This document shows positions 9,435-19,002 of a DNA stretch of 64,000 nucleotides, piece by piece. A model generated the notes under the pieces. The model searched no databases, had not been told where the DNA came from, and was given only the letters and a program-made list of their open reading frames with translations. The position numbers and the translations under genes are program-made. Position 1 is the stretch's first letter. Every line of letters starts with the position of its first letter. Source of the stretch: Candidatus Daviesbacteria bacterium (GTDB taxonomy: Bacteria > Patescibacteriota > Microgenomatia > Daviesbacterales > UBA10151); the NCBI GenBank assembly GCA_028712705.1, contig JAQTPP010000003.1:52-64051 (forward strand), written 5' to 3'.

Positions 9435-10025
9435 TAGGATTGCATATTCTTTTAGCATGGTTTGTGGATAAGTGCTAAATAATACCGGACGTAGGTTTCC
9501 CGAAACCTAACGAAGCCTCCTGGAGAAGAGAGGTGCTTCTCTTTCTGCCTTTATGCAACCTTAATCAGATGTTTATTAGTAGAAATAGGTATGTTTATTC
9601 AGGTGCTGTTTCTGTAATACTCCTCTTTGCGAGAAAGGTTACAAACTTCCCTATATTTTGATGTCGCACAATATGTGAAACAGTAAAAAACGGAGAAGTG
9701 GTTTGGTTACCTACAGGTATGGCATTTAATCGGTAAGGGTACAAAAATAAGGAAAAATTTCATGTACTTAAATTATGGTAATTCCCGTCCAATTTTTCAG
9801 CCAATTTTATTCCATGAATTTTAAAATATCTAATAAGCAATTTAGGGCTTCATATAGAGCTAAAGTCTATATGAGATAACCTACGTCTTATCCCCTGAAA
9901 AGCCGTTTTTGGGCCATTTACGGGCCTCGTGTCTGGCTAGCCTCATTTGCATGCATCCAGCCCTGGCGGGGGTGAGGAAAAATCAAATCAGCAATTTCCA
10001 TAGCCAGACTATTGTGCATACTTAT

Positions 10026-10060
10026 ATTCTTCTCCCGCTATCGGCGGGATCAGAATGACA
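10026..10060. repeat. Family D half-element
   Basis: ATTCT-TCTCCCGCTATCGGCGGGAT-CAGAATGACA. Confidence 0.6.
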
Positions 10061-10127
10061 AATTCGCTGGAGAAAACTGAATTAATGCTACTTTAATGCT
10101 TGACAAGGCCTGCTTAATCTTGGTATT

Positions 10128-11138
10128 ATGAGTATAATCATTCAAACACTCATTATGTTAAGCTCGTCTATTGAAACAAAAAAGAAAATTCTCTTACCGT
10201 TATTTGATGAGTTTTTATTACATCTGCAAACCGATAACTACTCTCAAGAGACAATGTATAACTATGAACGCGATTTACTCACACTCACCTATTTTTTGGA
10301 ACATGAAGTACAAAAAGAGTTTGAACAAATAACTAAAGTGGATGTGGAACGTTATAAAGCATATCTTTTATCAACAGATCGCAAAACAGCGATTTCGGAA
10401 CAGGAAACTTCTTTAAAATTGCAAAGCGGCTCGATCAATAGGATACTGTCATCTTTTAGGAGTTATTTAAAATTTCTAATTTTTCAGGACTATAAAATAC
10501 CTGTTGTTCCAGAAAGCGTAAGGATGGTTCGTAAAGAGAAAAAGCATTATAAAGTAGCGGAGCTCAACGAATTAATATCATTAATTGAGTCACCTTCAAC
10601 TTTCGAAAAAAATTCTGTAGTAGCTACACGAAACCGAGCCATGTTAGAAGTACTGTTTGCAACAGGGATGAGAATATCGGAGCTTTTGTCTTTGAACCGT
10701 CGCGATATTGATTCATCCGGTAGAATTTTTATTATCGGTAAAGGTAAAAAAGAACGGTTTGTATATTTGACCGAACGGGCCAAATTTTATGTAGATAACT
10801 ATTTAAAACTTAGGAAAGATGCTCTTCCGGCGCTTTTTGTTCCCCAGAAAGGTAAAAGAATGGGCCAAAGGGATTGTCGAATATCTCCGAATTATTTACA
10901 AGCTAAAATCAAAAGTTATCGCGAAAAACTTGGTATTATTGTTCCAACAAGCGCCCATTCTTTGCGTCATGGTTTTGCTACATATTTGGCGGAAGAAGGT
11001 GCTTCTCCTGTGGCCATCCAGATGCTTTTGGGACACGAGTCATTAAATACTACTACCAGATATGTTAATGCTTCTGACCGGTTTGCCGAAGATTCACATA
11101 GACGGTATCATCCCCTGGCTGAAAGACCTGAAAAATAG
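10128..11138 (+). CDS. XerC/XerD-family tyrosine recombinase, intact (start may be ATG 10155)
   Basis: TGMRISEL, GKGKKER, HSLRHGFAT, LGHES and TTRY all present; TTGACA at 10100. Confidence 0.92.
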   Translation: MSIIIQTLIMLSSSIETKKKILLPLFDEFLLHLQTDNYSQETMYNYERDLLTLTYFLEHEVQKEFEQITKVDVERYKAYLLSTDRKTAISEQETSLKLQSGSINRILSSFRSYLKFLIFQDYKIPVVPESVRMVRKEKKHYKVAELNELISLIESPSTFEKNSVVATRNRAMLEVLFATGMRISELLSLNRRDIDSSGRIFIIGKGKKERFVYLTERAKFYVDNYLKLRKDALPALFVPQKGKRMGQRDCRISPNYLQAKIKSYREKLGIIVPTSAHSLRHGFATYLAEEGASPVAIQMLLGHESLNTTTRYVNASDRFAEDSHRRYHPLAERPEK

Positions 11139-11188
11139 AAAGCCTGCTTTGTAATCGGAAATCTTAATTGATATAGTTTTAGGAAGAC

Positions 11189-11258
11189 TGTCATTCTGGG
11201 GAGCGTTAGCGACACCAGAACCGATCCCAGGTAGGATTCTGGACAAGCCAGAATGACA
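11189..11258. repeat. Family D element, inverted relative to 9367
   Basis: TGTCATTCTGGGGAGCGTTAGCGACACCAGAA..GATTCTGGACAAGCCAGAATGACA. Confidence 0.88.
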
Positions 11259-11384
11259 TGGATGGATAATAACACATTTTTCCGTTAACACTGCTTGCAG
11301 GGGTTGACTACGTTCAGTTAACATGACGTAGTTGACAAAGTTATATGATTTGGTCCACTATTAAAGAAAGGTTTATATTCTACG

Positions 11385-13685
11385 ATGGGAGCAATTTTAG
11401 ATTACTTCAAAAACGAAACAGGAAACTTGTTTCGCAATAAAAAAAATCTTGTTAGTCTGCTTGTTTTAGGTATACTTATTCTGGGTATTCCATTGGGTGT
11501 TAATCTTGTCAGGACGCAGCAAATTATTAAATCCCGCGCTGCTGTAGATCCAATTGTATTTACAGGTTCAAATGTTAGTAAAAAGAGTGATGGTACCTGG
11601 GTTACCACCAAGCCTCAGATTCAAGTTCAGCTCACTTCCCCGCTGGGTCCGGCCCAATCTTCTATTCAAACTGTGAAGTCAAAAGACTCATTAATAGGGG
11701 CTTTACCCAAAGGTTTGGTGGAAACTGTGTATGCAGCAGCAACTTGTTCTAATGGAACAAAAAATGTGGGAGATAAATGGCCTGAATGTCATGGTTGTGA
11801 TGAGGGTGTGGTAGAGTGTACAGGACAAGATACTTATGGCTGGACATCTGTCAAGAACCCATCTCCCAATTGTGGAGCAGGTTGTGGTGGAGGCGGAGGT
11901 GGTGTAACTAATGCGTGTAATCCTCCAGGAGTTGGTAGTGCCGAGGGATGTAGTGCTATGAAGAAATGTCCTAATGGTCAAGCCTGTGCATCAGGTCATA
12001 AGTATTGTGTTTGGGACGCAGGTGGTAATCATTGGGGAGATTGCCAGATAGAGATAGATAACTGTGCTACCCAGTGTGCTAGCAGTGGTACAAGTAAGGG
12101 TACTATAGATTGTAAAGCAACTTTTAAACCAAGCGAACTGGGGATTAATAGTCCAGGTGTATGCGACAGGCTACATGAATTCCGTGCTGATTGTAACCGC
12201 TGGTGTCCTCAAAATCCACAATATTATTCTAATCCTAACGAGGATTGTCCAAAAAATACAACCCCAAGTCAACAAGCCTTTATTAATCCTGCCACAAGTG
12301 CCTGGTGTTATGAATTTAAAGGTCCAGCAGGTGACACTCATAATAATAAATGTATGCAACTTTGGTATATTGGGACAGGGTCAGAGCCAAGCTGTGCTTC
12401 GGGAGAAGGTAGCGGTGGACCTGCCGGATGCCAGGGGCTGGATGCATGCAGTGAATGTGTTTTACTGAAAGAAACGAGTATTTTATATAAGTACGCAGAG
12501 TGGGGTTGGGATACAAACTGTAGTAACCAGGCAAAGATTGTTGCGGATTGGTGCAAGATTAATCCGAGCGGTTGCCAGGGTATTAGATCAGGCCAGTGCG
12601 CTTCAAGCTGTGGAGGAGCGTCTGCTACTTCGCCTTCTCCCTCTCCCGCCTCTTCTCCTCCTTCTACTTCAGCTCCTGCCTATACTAAGCAATTTAGGAT
12701 TGCGGAAAATCCGACTGATTTAGCTAGCGCTCCATGGCAGGATTATACAACTGTTGTTGCATCAAACCCGCTTGATTATACTTTCAAGGATGTAACACCG
12801 GGGCAGAAGTTTATCTTTGTGCAATTCATGGATTCTACCAATAAGGTAACCACTGCAGCCGATTGTCCGAAGTGTCAAGCCCAGATTAAACTGCTTGGGC
12901 CTGGTCCGGTTATGACTAGTTGTTCTTTGAGTTTTGAAGACAGCAAGACTACTCTGAATTTAACGGGGCAAAATTTTGGATCAGAAAAGGGTACAGTAAA
13001 AAGCGGTGATACTAATTTGGAAATAAAGTCATGGAGTAATAATAGCATTCAGGCGGTTTTGCAGAATGCGCAAACAGGACAAGTTTTGCCAATAACTTTC
13101 ACAAATACAGACGAACAAACAGGAACCGGCCAGTGCGGTGCTATTTCACAGCTTGCTTTAGGAGCCAGGGTTTTTTGCAGGGCGCCGGCTTCTCATGATA
13201 CGGAGAATGTAGATATGGTTCTGGTGGATGAAACAGGAAAAAAGACACGGCAAACAGTAAAGATCGATAAAAATGGAGTTGTCCAGGGGTTGACTCAAAA
13301 ATTAGAAGTCGGTAAGAGATATATTGTGTCACTTAAGGCGCCGAAATCGTTGCGGAGAATTGCCCGATTTACAGCTGGCGACGGCATAGTCAGCATCCCC
13401 AATTTCATTTTGCCTATTGGCGACATTTTCCCATTGGACGTTCGTGACGGTGCAATAAACCCTTTTGATCATGCACAATTAATCCGCGAGTTTATCATTG
13501 CTGAAGACAGCTGCGACAGACCCGGAGATTTTAATAGAGATTGCAGGGTTAATTCTATTGATTGGGCTTGTATGAGATATGATTTCGGTCAAGTGGATGA
13601 TCCGGAACCAACAGTTTCGTCCTTTGTCACAACCGCCAGTCCAAACCCAACCGCAAGTTCTAGTTCTAGTTCTTCGCCGTTATGA
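11385..13685 (+). CDS. Large membrane-anchored surface protein: Cys-rich region, IPT/TIG-like domain and C-terminal dockerin-like domain
   Basis: N-terminal TM; 30 Cys in aa 121-409; LTGQNFG..IKSWSNNSI (IPT-like); GDIFP..DGAINPFD and GDFNRDCRVNSIDW (paired dockerin Ca-loops). Confidence 0.75.
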   Translation: MGAILDYFKNETGNLFRNKKNLVSLLVLGILILGIPLGVNLVRTQQIIKSRAAVDPIVFTGSNVSKKSDGTWVTTKPQIQVQLTSPLGPAQSSIQTVKSKDSLIGALPKGLVETVYAAATCSNGTKNVGDKWPECHGCDEGVVECTGQDTYGWTSVKNPSPNCGAGCGGGGGGVTNACNPPGVGSAEGCSAMKKCPNGQACASGHKYCVWDAGGNHWGDCQIEIDNCATQCASSGTSKGTIDCKATFKPSELGINSPGVCDRLHEFRADCNRWCPQNPQYYSNPNEDCPKNTTPSQQAFINPATSAWCYEFKGPAGDTHNNKCMQLWYIGTGSEPSCASGEGSGGPAGCQGLDACSECVLLKETSILYKYAEWGWDTNCSNQAKIVADWCKINPSGCQGIRSGQCASSCGGASATSPSPSPASSPPSTSAPAYTKQFRIAENPTDLASAPWQDYTTVVASNPLDYTFKDVTPGQKFIFVQFMDSTNKVTTAADCPKCQAQIKLLGPGPVMTSCSLSFEDSKTTLNLTGQNFGSEKGTVKSGDTNLEIKSWSNNSIQAVLQNAQTGQVLPITFTNTDEQTGTGQCGAISQLALGARVFCRAPASHDTENVDMVLVDETGKKTRQTVKIDKNGVVQGLTQKLEVGKRYIVSLKAPKSLRRIARFTAGDGIVSIPNFILPIGDIFPLDVRDGAINPFDHAQLIREFIIAEDSCDRPGDFNRDCRVNSIDWACMRYDFGQVDDPEPTVSSFVTTASPNPTASSSSSSSPL

Positions 13686-13729
13686 TGAATTTGGACTGGT
13701 AAAAGTTCGGTAATTGTAGTACAAAATAT

Positions 13730-14362
13730 ATGTATATGGATGATTTAAATGTACAACAAAATAATCAGGAGAATAAGCCTGTAGTGCAAATAAAAAAATT
13801 TGTTTCTCTTCCCAAATTTATTTTTTTGGTTTTAGGATTGATACTTTTGGCGGAATTAATATATGCAATTCGGGTATTAACGTTGCCTGCTCCCCCGGTT
13901 GCAGGTAAGGTTCCACTACAATCAAAAGTGGGGACAATTTCATTAAATGCTCCCAAAAACACATATCGGATAAATGAAATTGTGCCTGTTGCCGTGAATA
14001 TTGAGACGGGTTCACAAGCAATAAATGGGGTTGATGTCATAATACATTATGATCCTAAAGTTCTTGAGGCTACTTCCGGAGGACTAATCAAAGGCCGTCT
14101 TCTTGAGGAATATCCGACTATGGCTGTGGATGCGAGTAAAGGTTTGATCTCTATTTCGGGTATCAACAGTTTGCAGAACGTGTTTAAGGGTAAAGGACAA
14201 TTTGCAAACATAAATTTTAAAGCTAAAACTGCCTCCGGGAAGACATCATTGACTGTTGATTTTAAGGATAAAGGGTCTACTATAGATTCCAACCTGGTAG
14301 AGGCTAGTACAGCTAAAGATATAGTCGAACAGGTTGTAAATTTGGAGCTTGTTGTGCAATGA
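13730..14362 (+). CDS. Membrane-anchored cohesin-domain protein
   Basis: TM then VPVAVNIETGSQAINGVDVIIHYDPKVLE..FKGKGQFANINFKAK. Confidence 0.75.
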   Translation: MYMDDLNVQQNNQENKPVVQIKKFVSLPKFIFLVLGLILLAELIYAIRVLTLPAPPVAGKVPLQSKVGTISLNAPKNTYRINEIVPVAVNIETGSQAINGVDVIIHYDPKVLEATSGGLIKGRLLEEYPTMAVDASKGLISISGINSLQNVFKGKGQFANINFKAKTASGKTSLTVDFKDKGSTIDSNLVEASTAKDIVEQVVNLELVVQ

Positions 14363-15105
14363 TAAAATATGCGATTTCTTTTTTTGCGTTTGTCTTATGG
14401 TTTTTAGTTTCTCCGACCGGAGTTTTTGCCCAGGTGGCCACTTTATCCTTGGATCCGGCCACAGGCACATTTAACAGAAACTGCCCTTTCTCTCTAAATA
14501 TTAATCTTGATACAGGCGGAGCCCAAACAGATGGTACTGATGCAATTTTATTTTATGATTCCTCCAGGCTTAGCATTACTACCAGTTCGATTACTTCAAA
14601 TACAGTCGTGTATCCTGACTTTCCCGGTAATAATGTAGATGAGGCCGCAGGCAAAATTACCATTTCAGGACTTGCTTCTGTGGCGACGCCTTTTACCGGC
14701 AAAGGTACTCTGGCTACCTTGAATTTTACAGTGAAAGATTCGGCGCCCACCGGAGCAACTCAAATTACTTTTGACTTTGATCCCAATAATAAAGCTAAAA
14801 CTACGGATTCCAATGTTGTACAACGGGCAACAATAGTAGATATATTAAACTCGGTCGTAAACGGAAATTATACGGTTGGAACCGGAACCTGCGGTACTAC
14901 CACCCCATCGGCATCCCCGATTGCAGTTGTTTATAAACCAACAGGAAGTTCAACAACGTCTACTCCGTCAGCAACCATTGCGGCGCCCCTGCCAACTAAA
15001 AAGACAGTTCTGCCTCCGGCCGGTTCAGAACAGCTTACTTTTACTGTAGCAATTTTTGGAGGGGTTTTAACTGTACTGGGAATTTTGGGATTAGCGCTTC
15101 TTTAG
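14359..15105 (+). CDS. Secreted cohesin-domain protein with S/T/P linker, LPxAG motif and C-terminal TM
   Basis: Signal peptide (VFA-Q); NINLDTGGAQTDGTDAILFYDSSRL..GTLATLNFTVK; LPPAG plus hydrophobic tail. Confidence 0.75.
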   Translation: MIKYAISFFAFVLWFLVSPTGVFAQVATLSLDPATGTFNRNCPFSLNINLDTGGAQTDGTDAILFYDSSRLSITTSSITSNTVVYPDFPGNNVDEAAGKITISGLASVATPFTGKGTLATLNFTVKDSAPTGATQITFDFDPNNKAKTTDSNVVQRATIVDILNSVVNGNYTVGTGTCGTTTPSASPIAVVYKPTGSSTTSTPSATIAAPLPTKKTVLPPAGSEQLTFTVAIFGGVLTVLGILGLALL

Positions 15106-15119
15106 TTCAAAATTCAAAT

Positions 15120-16025
15120 ATGTCCTTATCCTCTCTTATCACAGATTTTCTGGAATATCTGGAACTTGAGCGAAATGCCTCACGGTTAACAATCAGAAAT
15201 TACGATCATTATCTAAAACGATTTTTAGAATTTATCCGTTCGACAGGCTCAGGACAGGATGGTGATATAAACCCGCAGGATATAACCTTAAGCTTAGTTG
15301 GAAAATACAGACTATACCTTTCCAGATGGACGGATCCGAAAACCAAAGAACCCTTAAAAAGAGTGACTCAAAATTATTTTATGATAGCTCTGCGAACACT
15401 CCTCCGCTATCTGGCAGGAACTGGTGTGCAAACGCTTTCGGCCGAAAAAGTTGAATTAAGAAAGAATAATTCCAGGCTTCCTCTTAAAGTGTTGGATGAG
15501 ACTCAACTTAGATTACTCCTTAAAGCTCCGGATACAAGTAAAAAAGATGGACTGCGGGATCGGGCAATCCTGGAGACATTGTTTTCTACAGGTCTGCAAG
15601 TATCTGAACTGGTCGGATTAAACCGTGGTACCATCAACCTGGAAGGATGTGAGTTTAGTATAGTTGGTAAAGGAGGAAAACAGCGGGGGGTATTTTTATC
15701 TGACGGTGCTTGTGAGTTTCTAGGAAAGTACTTAGCAATCCGTCAAGACAAATTTAAACCTCTTTTTATCCGTTTTCAGGGTAAAATTGATCCAGCTAAC
15801 GAAGGTGAAGCTATGAGGCTGACTTCCCGTTCCATTGAACGGATTGTAGAAAAATATGCAAAAAAGCTGAGAATTTCCATCAAAGCTACACCACAAACAC
15901 TGCGTCATTCTTTTGCCGCAGATTTGTTAATTAACGGAGCAGATATGCGGTTAGTTCAGAAGATGCTTGGACATTCCAATATCTCAACTACTCAAATTTA
16001 CCGCCTCTGCTCCGGTAAATTGTAA
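15120..16025 (+). CDS. Xer-family tyrosine recombinase paralogue with degenerate active site
   Basis: Xer fold motifs, but TGLQVSEL (R>Q) and PQTLRH (H>Q); short tail after TTQIY. Confidence 0.85.
   Translation: MSLSSLITDFLEYLELERNASRLTIRNYDHYLKRFLEFIRSTGSGQDGDINPQDITLSLVGKYRLYLSRWTDPKTKEPLKRVTQNYFMIALRTLLRYLAGTGVQTLSAEKVELRKNNSRLPLKVLDETQLRLLLKAPDTSKKDGLRDRAILETLFSTGLQVSELVGLNRGTINLEGCEFSIVGKGGKQRGVFLSDGACEFLGKYLAIRQDKFKPLFIRFQGKIDPANEGEAMRLTSRSIERIVEKYAKKLRISIKATPQTLRHSFAADLLINGADMRLVQKMLGHSNISTTQIYRLCSGKL
15234..15260. repeat. Family C in-frame insert (IRSTGSGQD)
   Basis: ATCCGTTCGACAGGCTCAGGACAGGAT, 27 nt, in frame. Confidence 0.7.
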
Positions 16026-16382
16026 TCACTTTGTTAGTTTCCCTAAATCTTTCAATACCGCATTTAAGATTGTTGCGACAATTGATAAAACAATTGCTGC
16101 CAATATGGCTGGAAGCCATCCTTCAATCTTTACTCCCGGCACCACTGCTGCCACTATGAATAAGACCACTGCATTGACCACAAAAGCAAACAACCCTAAA
16201 GTAACAATTGTTAAGGGTGCGCTTAGAAAGCTTAGGATTGGCTTAATAAAAGTATTAACCACCCCCAAAACTATGGCCGCAAAAATGGCTGTAGTAAAGT
16301 TTTCAACCCGGAATCCAGGTACAATATTAGCCGTTAAAAGCAATGCTGCCGCATTTAAGACCAAGGCTATAAGAATTTGCAA
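16026..16382 (-). CDS. YvlD/phage-holin-4-like membrane protein (likely TTG start 16382)
   Basis: LGVVNTFIKPIL..PLTIVTLGLFAFVVNA; SD GAGGGGGTGAG. Confidence 0.85.
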   Translation of the reverse strand: MQILIALVLNAAALLLTANIVPGFRVENFTTAIFAAIVLGVVNTFIKPILSFLSAPLTIVTLGLFAFVVNAVVLFIVAAVVPGVKIEGWLPAILAAIVLSIVATILNAVLKDLGKLTK

Positions 16383-16458
16383 ATTTCTCACCCCCCTCTT
16401 CACTTAATAGTGAATCAAATTTTTTAAAATGTCAATGTTTTCTGTTAAACTTAAGATT

Positions 16459-18783
16459 ATGAAATATCCTGCCGAAAAAATTGGATTGACTTCTCATCAG
16501 GCCGGGGAACAGCTAAAAAAATATGGTTTAAATGAGCTGCCGCAGAGAAAAACAACTTCTGCTGCGGAGATTTTCCTGCGGCAGATGAAAACCCCCTTTG
16601 CCTACCTGCTTTTGGGAGCTACCGTTCTTTCGGCCATCATCGGTGATAAATTGGACAGCTTTTTAATCGGCGGGATTTTAGTTTTAAATTCAATTTTGGG
16701 TTTTTGGCAGGAATATAAAGCTTCCAAAGAGCTGGAAGAATTGCGGAAACTGGAGGTGGAATATGCCAGAGTGGAAAGAGGCGGTAAGCAGATGGAAATT
16801 CCCTCATCAGAGATTGTCCCCGGGGATATTGTAATTTTAGAATCCGGCGACAGGATTCCGGCAGACGGGCAAATCTTAGAGAGTTATGCTTTGCAGGTTA
16901 ATGAATCTGTCTTAACAGGCGAATCCTTACCTGTTACTAAATCTGTGAAAAAGGAGGAAAACTTAGTCTTTTTTGCCACCACCGTTGCCTCCGGCCGAGG
17001 CAAGGTTCTTATTTTGCAGACAGGGGCAAGAACTAAATTCGGCGCCTTAGCAGAAACTTTAAGCAGTATTGAAGACGAACAAACTCCTTTTGAAAAAGCT
17101 CTGGCTTCCTTTAGTAAAGTCCTGGGGTTGGGGGCCTTAGCGGTTTCAGCCCTGATTTTTATTTTAAGGATATTGCAGGGTTATGATATGTCTTCCACTC
17201 TTCTTTTCAGCATTGTTTTAATGGTAGCTGTAGTGCCGGAAGGTTTGCCTGCCGTAGTAACTATAATTTTGGCCTTAGGCATGCGGAAGATATACAGGAA
17301 AAAGGCTTTGGTTAGAAAGATGATTGCGATTGAGTCTTTGGGTACTGCTACAGTAATTTGTACGGATAAGACCGGAACTTTAACTAAAAATGAAATGCGG
17401 GTTAAAGAGGTCAGTATTAAAGATACCAAAGAAGCAGATTTTCTAAAATGTGCGGTATTTTGTAACAGCGCCAGTTTGATATTGAAAGAAGATGGAGGCA
17501 GTTTTGATATTTTTGGCGATACAACTGAGGGTGCTCTCTTGCTTTGGGCAAAAAATCAAGGCAAGGATATTGATCTGATGAGATTGCAAGGCAAACTCAT
17601 TGAAGAAATTCCTTTTAATTTGGAAACCCGGAAAATGACTGTTTTATGGGAAGAGGGTAAGATAAAAACAGAATATGCTAAAGGCGCTCCGGAAGTTTTA
17701 CTTTTTGAGTCTGAGTTGTCCGAAGCGGATCAAAAGAAGTGGGAATTTAGGTATCAGCAAATGGCTAAAAAAGGACTACGGGTGTTGGCGTTTTCAAAGG
17801 ATAAAGAGTTTTTAGGGTTAGCGGGGATTGCTGATGAGGTCCGTCCCGAGGTAAAAGAAGCTATTGCGCTGACAAAGCAGGCCGGGATTAAGGTAGTGAT
17901 GGTGACCGGCGATAATGAGCTGACAGCTGGAAGCATTGGTGAAGAGGTTGGGTTATTATCCTCTGGTGATGAAATTATGGTTGGCAGTCAGCTAAACGCC
18001 TTAAGCGAAGAAGATCTTTTACAAAGAATCGGTAAAGTCAAAATTTTTGCCAGGATTACTCCGCAGGAGAAACTTAGAATTGTTAAAGCTTATCAAAGCT
18101 TAGGAGAGGTAGTAGCTGTGACAGGTGACGGGGTAAATGACGTGTTGGCCTTAAAACAAGCAGAAGTCGGGGTTTCCATGGGTAAAATCGGCACTGATGT
18201 GTCAAAAGAAGCCTCAGATATTATTTTGCTTGATGATAACTTTGCGACCCTGACTGTGGCCATTGAGCAAGGAAGACTAATTTACAACAATATCTTAAAA
18301 GTCATTAAGTTTTTACTTGCCGGGAATTTGTCGGAAATGCTTTTGATAGGAGTAGCAGCAATTTTCGGTCTGCCGTCGCCGCTTCTGCCAATTCAGATTC
18401 TCTGGATCAATTTTGTCACAGACGGACCTCCTGCTCTGGCTTTGGGTTTTGATAACGCTTCAAGGCACCTGATGCAAATACCACCCCGCAAGAAATTAGG
18501 TTTACTTAGTAAAGATTCTCTACATTTTATCATTTTCGGCGGGGTGGCAATTTCTGCTTTTTGTTTTTTTGCTTTTTATTTTACCTTTGAAAGTTTAGGG
18601 CTTCAAACTTCCAGAGCCATCACCTTTACCGTTATGATTATTCTGCAAATGATCCTGCCTTTTATTATGAGAAGACATCACGGGATTTTATCCAATAAAA
18701 AGCTTTTTATCTCAGTTGCTGTAGTTATTTTGGTACAAATTTTGATTATTGCGTATCCTCCCTTAAGGACACTTTTCTTTTAA
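16459..18783 (+). CDS. Cation-transporting P-type ATPase (P2, Ca2+-type-like)
   Basis: LTGES, PEGL, DKTGTLT, KGAPE, TGDN, GDGVND; start at ATG 16459 follows TG-n-TAAACT. Confidence 0.93.
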   Translation: MKYPAEKIGLTSHQAGEQLKKYGLNELPQRKTTSAAEIFLRQMKTPFAYLLLGATVLSAIIGDKLDSFLIGGILVLNSILGFWQEYKASKELEELRKLEVEYARVERGGKQMEIPSSEIVPGDIVILESGDRIPADGQILESYALQVNESVLTGESLPVTKSVKKEENLVFFATTVASGRGKVLILQTGARTKFGALAETLSSIEDEQTPFEKALASFSKVLGLGALAVSALIFILRILQGYDMSSTLLFSIVLMVAVVPEGLPAVVTIILALGMRKIYRKKALVRKMIAIESLGTATVICTDKTGTLTKNEMRVKEVSIKDTKEADFLKCAVFCNSASLILKEDGGSFDIFGDTTEGALLLWAKNQGKDIDLMRLQGKLIEEIPFNLETRKMTVLWEEGKIKTEYAKGAPEVLLFESELSEADQKKWEFRYQQMAKKGLRVLAFSKDKEFLGLAGIADEVRPEVKEAIALTKQAGIKVVMVTGDNELTAGSIGEEVGLLSSGDEIMVGSQLNALSEEDLLQRIGKVKIFARITPQEKLRIVKAYQSLGEVVAVTGDGVNDVLALKQAEVGVSMGKIGTDVSKEASDIILLDDNFATLTVAIEQGRLIYNNILKVIKFLLAGNLSEMLLIGVAAIFGLPSPLLPIQILWINFVTDGPPALALGFDNASRHLMQIPPRKKLGLLSKDSLHFIIFGGVAISAFCFFAFYFTFESLGLQTSRAITFTVMIILQMILPFIMRRHHGILSNKKLFISVAVVILVQILIIAYPPLRTLFF

Positions 18784-18792
18784 ACGAATTTT

Positions 18793-19002
18793 TTAAATTG
18801 GTTTGCCGGCGAGGCCATACATCATAAAGTCTCTTGTAAAACCGATTGCCTGCAGCGGCCAGGTTAAAATAACACTATAAAACCCCGGCGATAAGAAAGA
18901 TAGAAACGGCCAGCGGTAATATATTGCAAAAGCCACAGTAAATACAAACCCAAACATGAAATAAATTATAGCTATGGTAGAAACAAATTTTTCTTTAGAC
19001 AT
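18793..19002 (-). CDS. Small membrane protein
   Basis: 69 aa, hydrophobic; abuts gyrA stop. Confidence 0.6.
   Translation of the reverse strand: MSKEKFVSTIAIIYFMFGFVFTVAFAIYYRWPFLSFLSPGFYSVILTWPLQAIGFTRDFMMYGLAGKPI

Noticed and set aside
9153-10163. Replication terminus/dif or oriC call next to xer
   Set aside because: Only one perfect DnaA box, no dnaA nearby, TTATGTTAAGC at 10153 lacks a XerC arm, and spot checks showed no clear GC-skew switch; kept only as an unexplained region
12618-12680. Ser/Pro low-complexity tract, and the Gly run near 11885
   Set aside because: Ordinary codon-level linker repeats with period 3, unrelated to the heptamer class
10128-16403. Prophage or integrative element (two integrases plus a holin-like gene)
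   Set aside because: The recombinases look Xer-like, YvlD-type proteins are common chromosomal genes, and no phage structural genes or att repeats were seen
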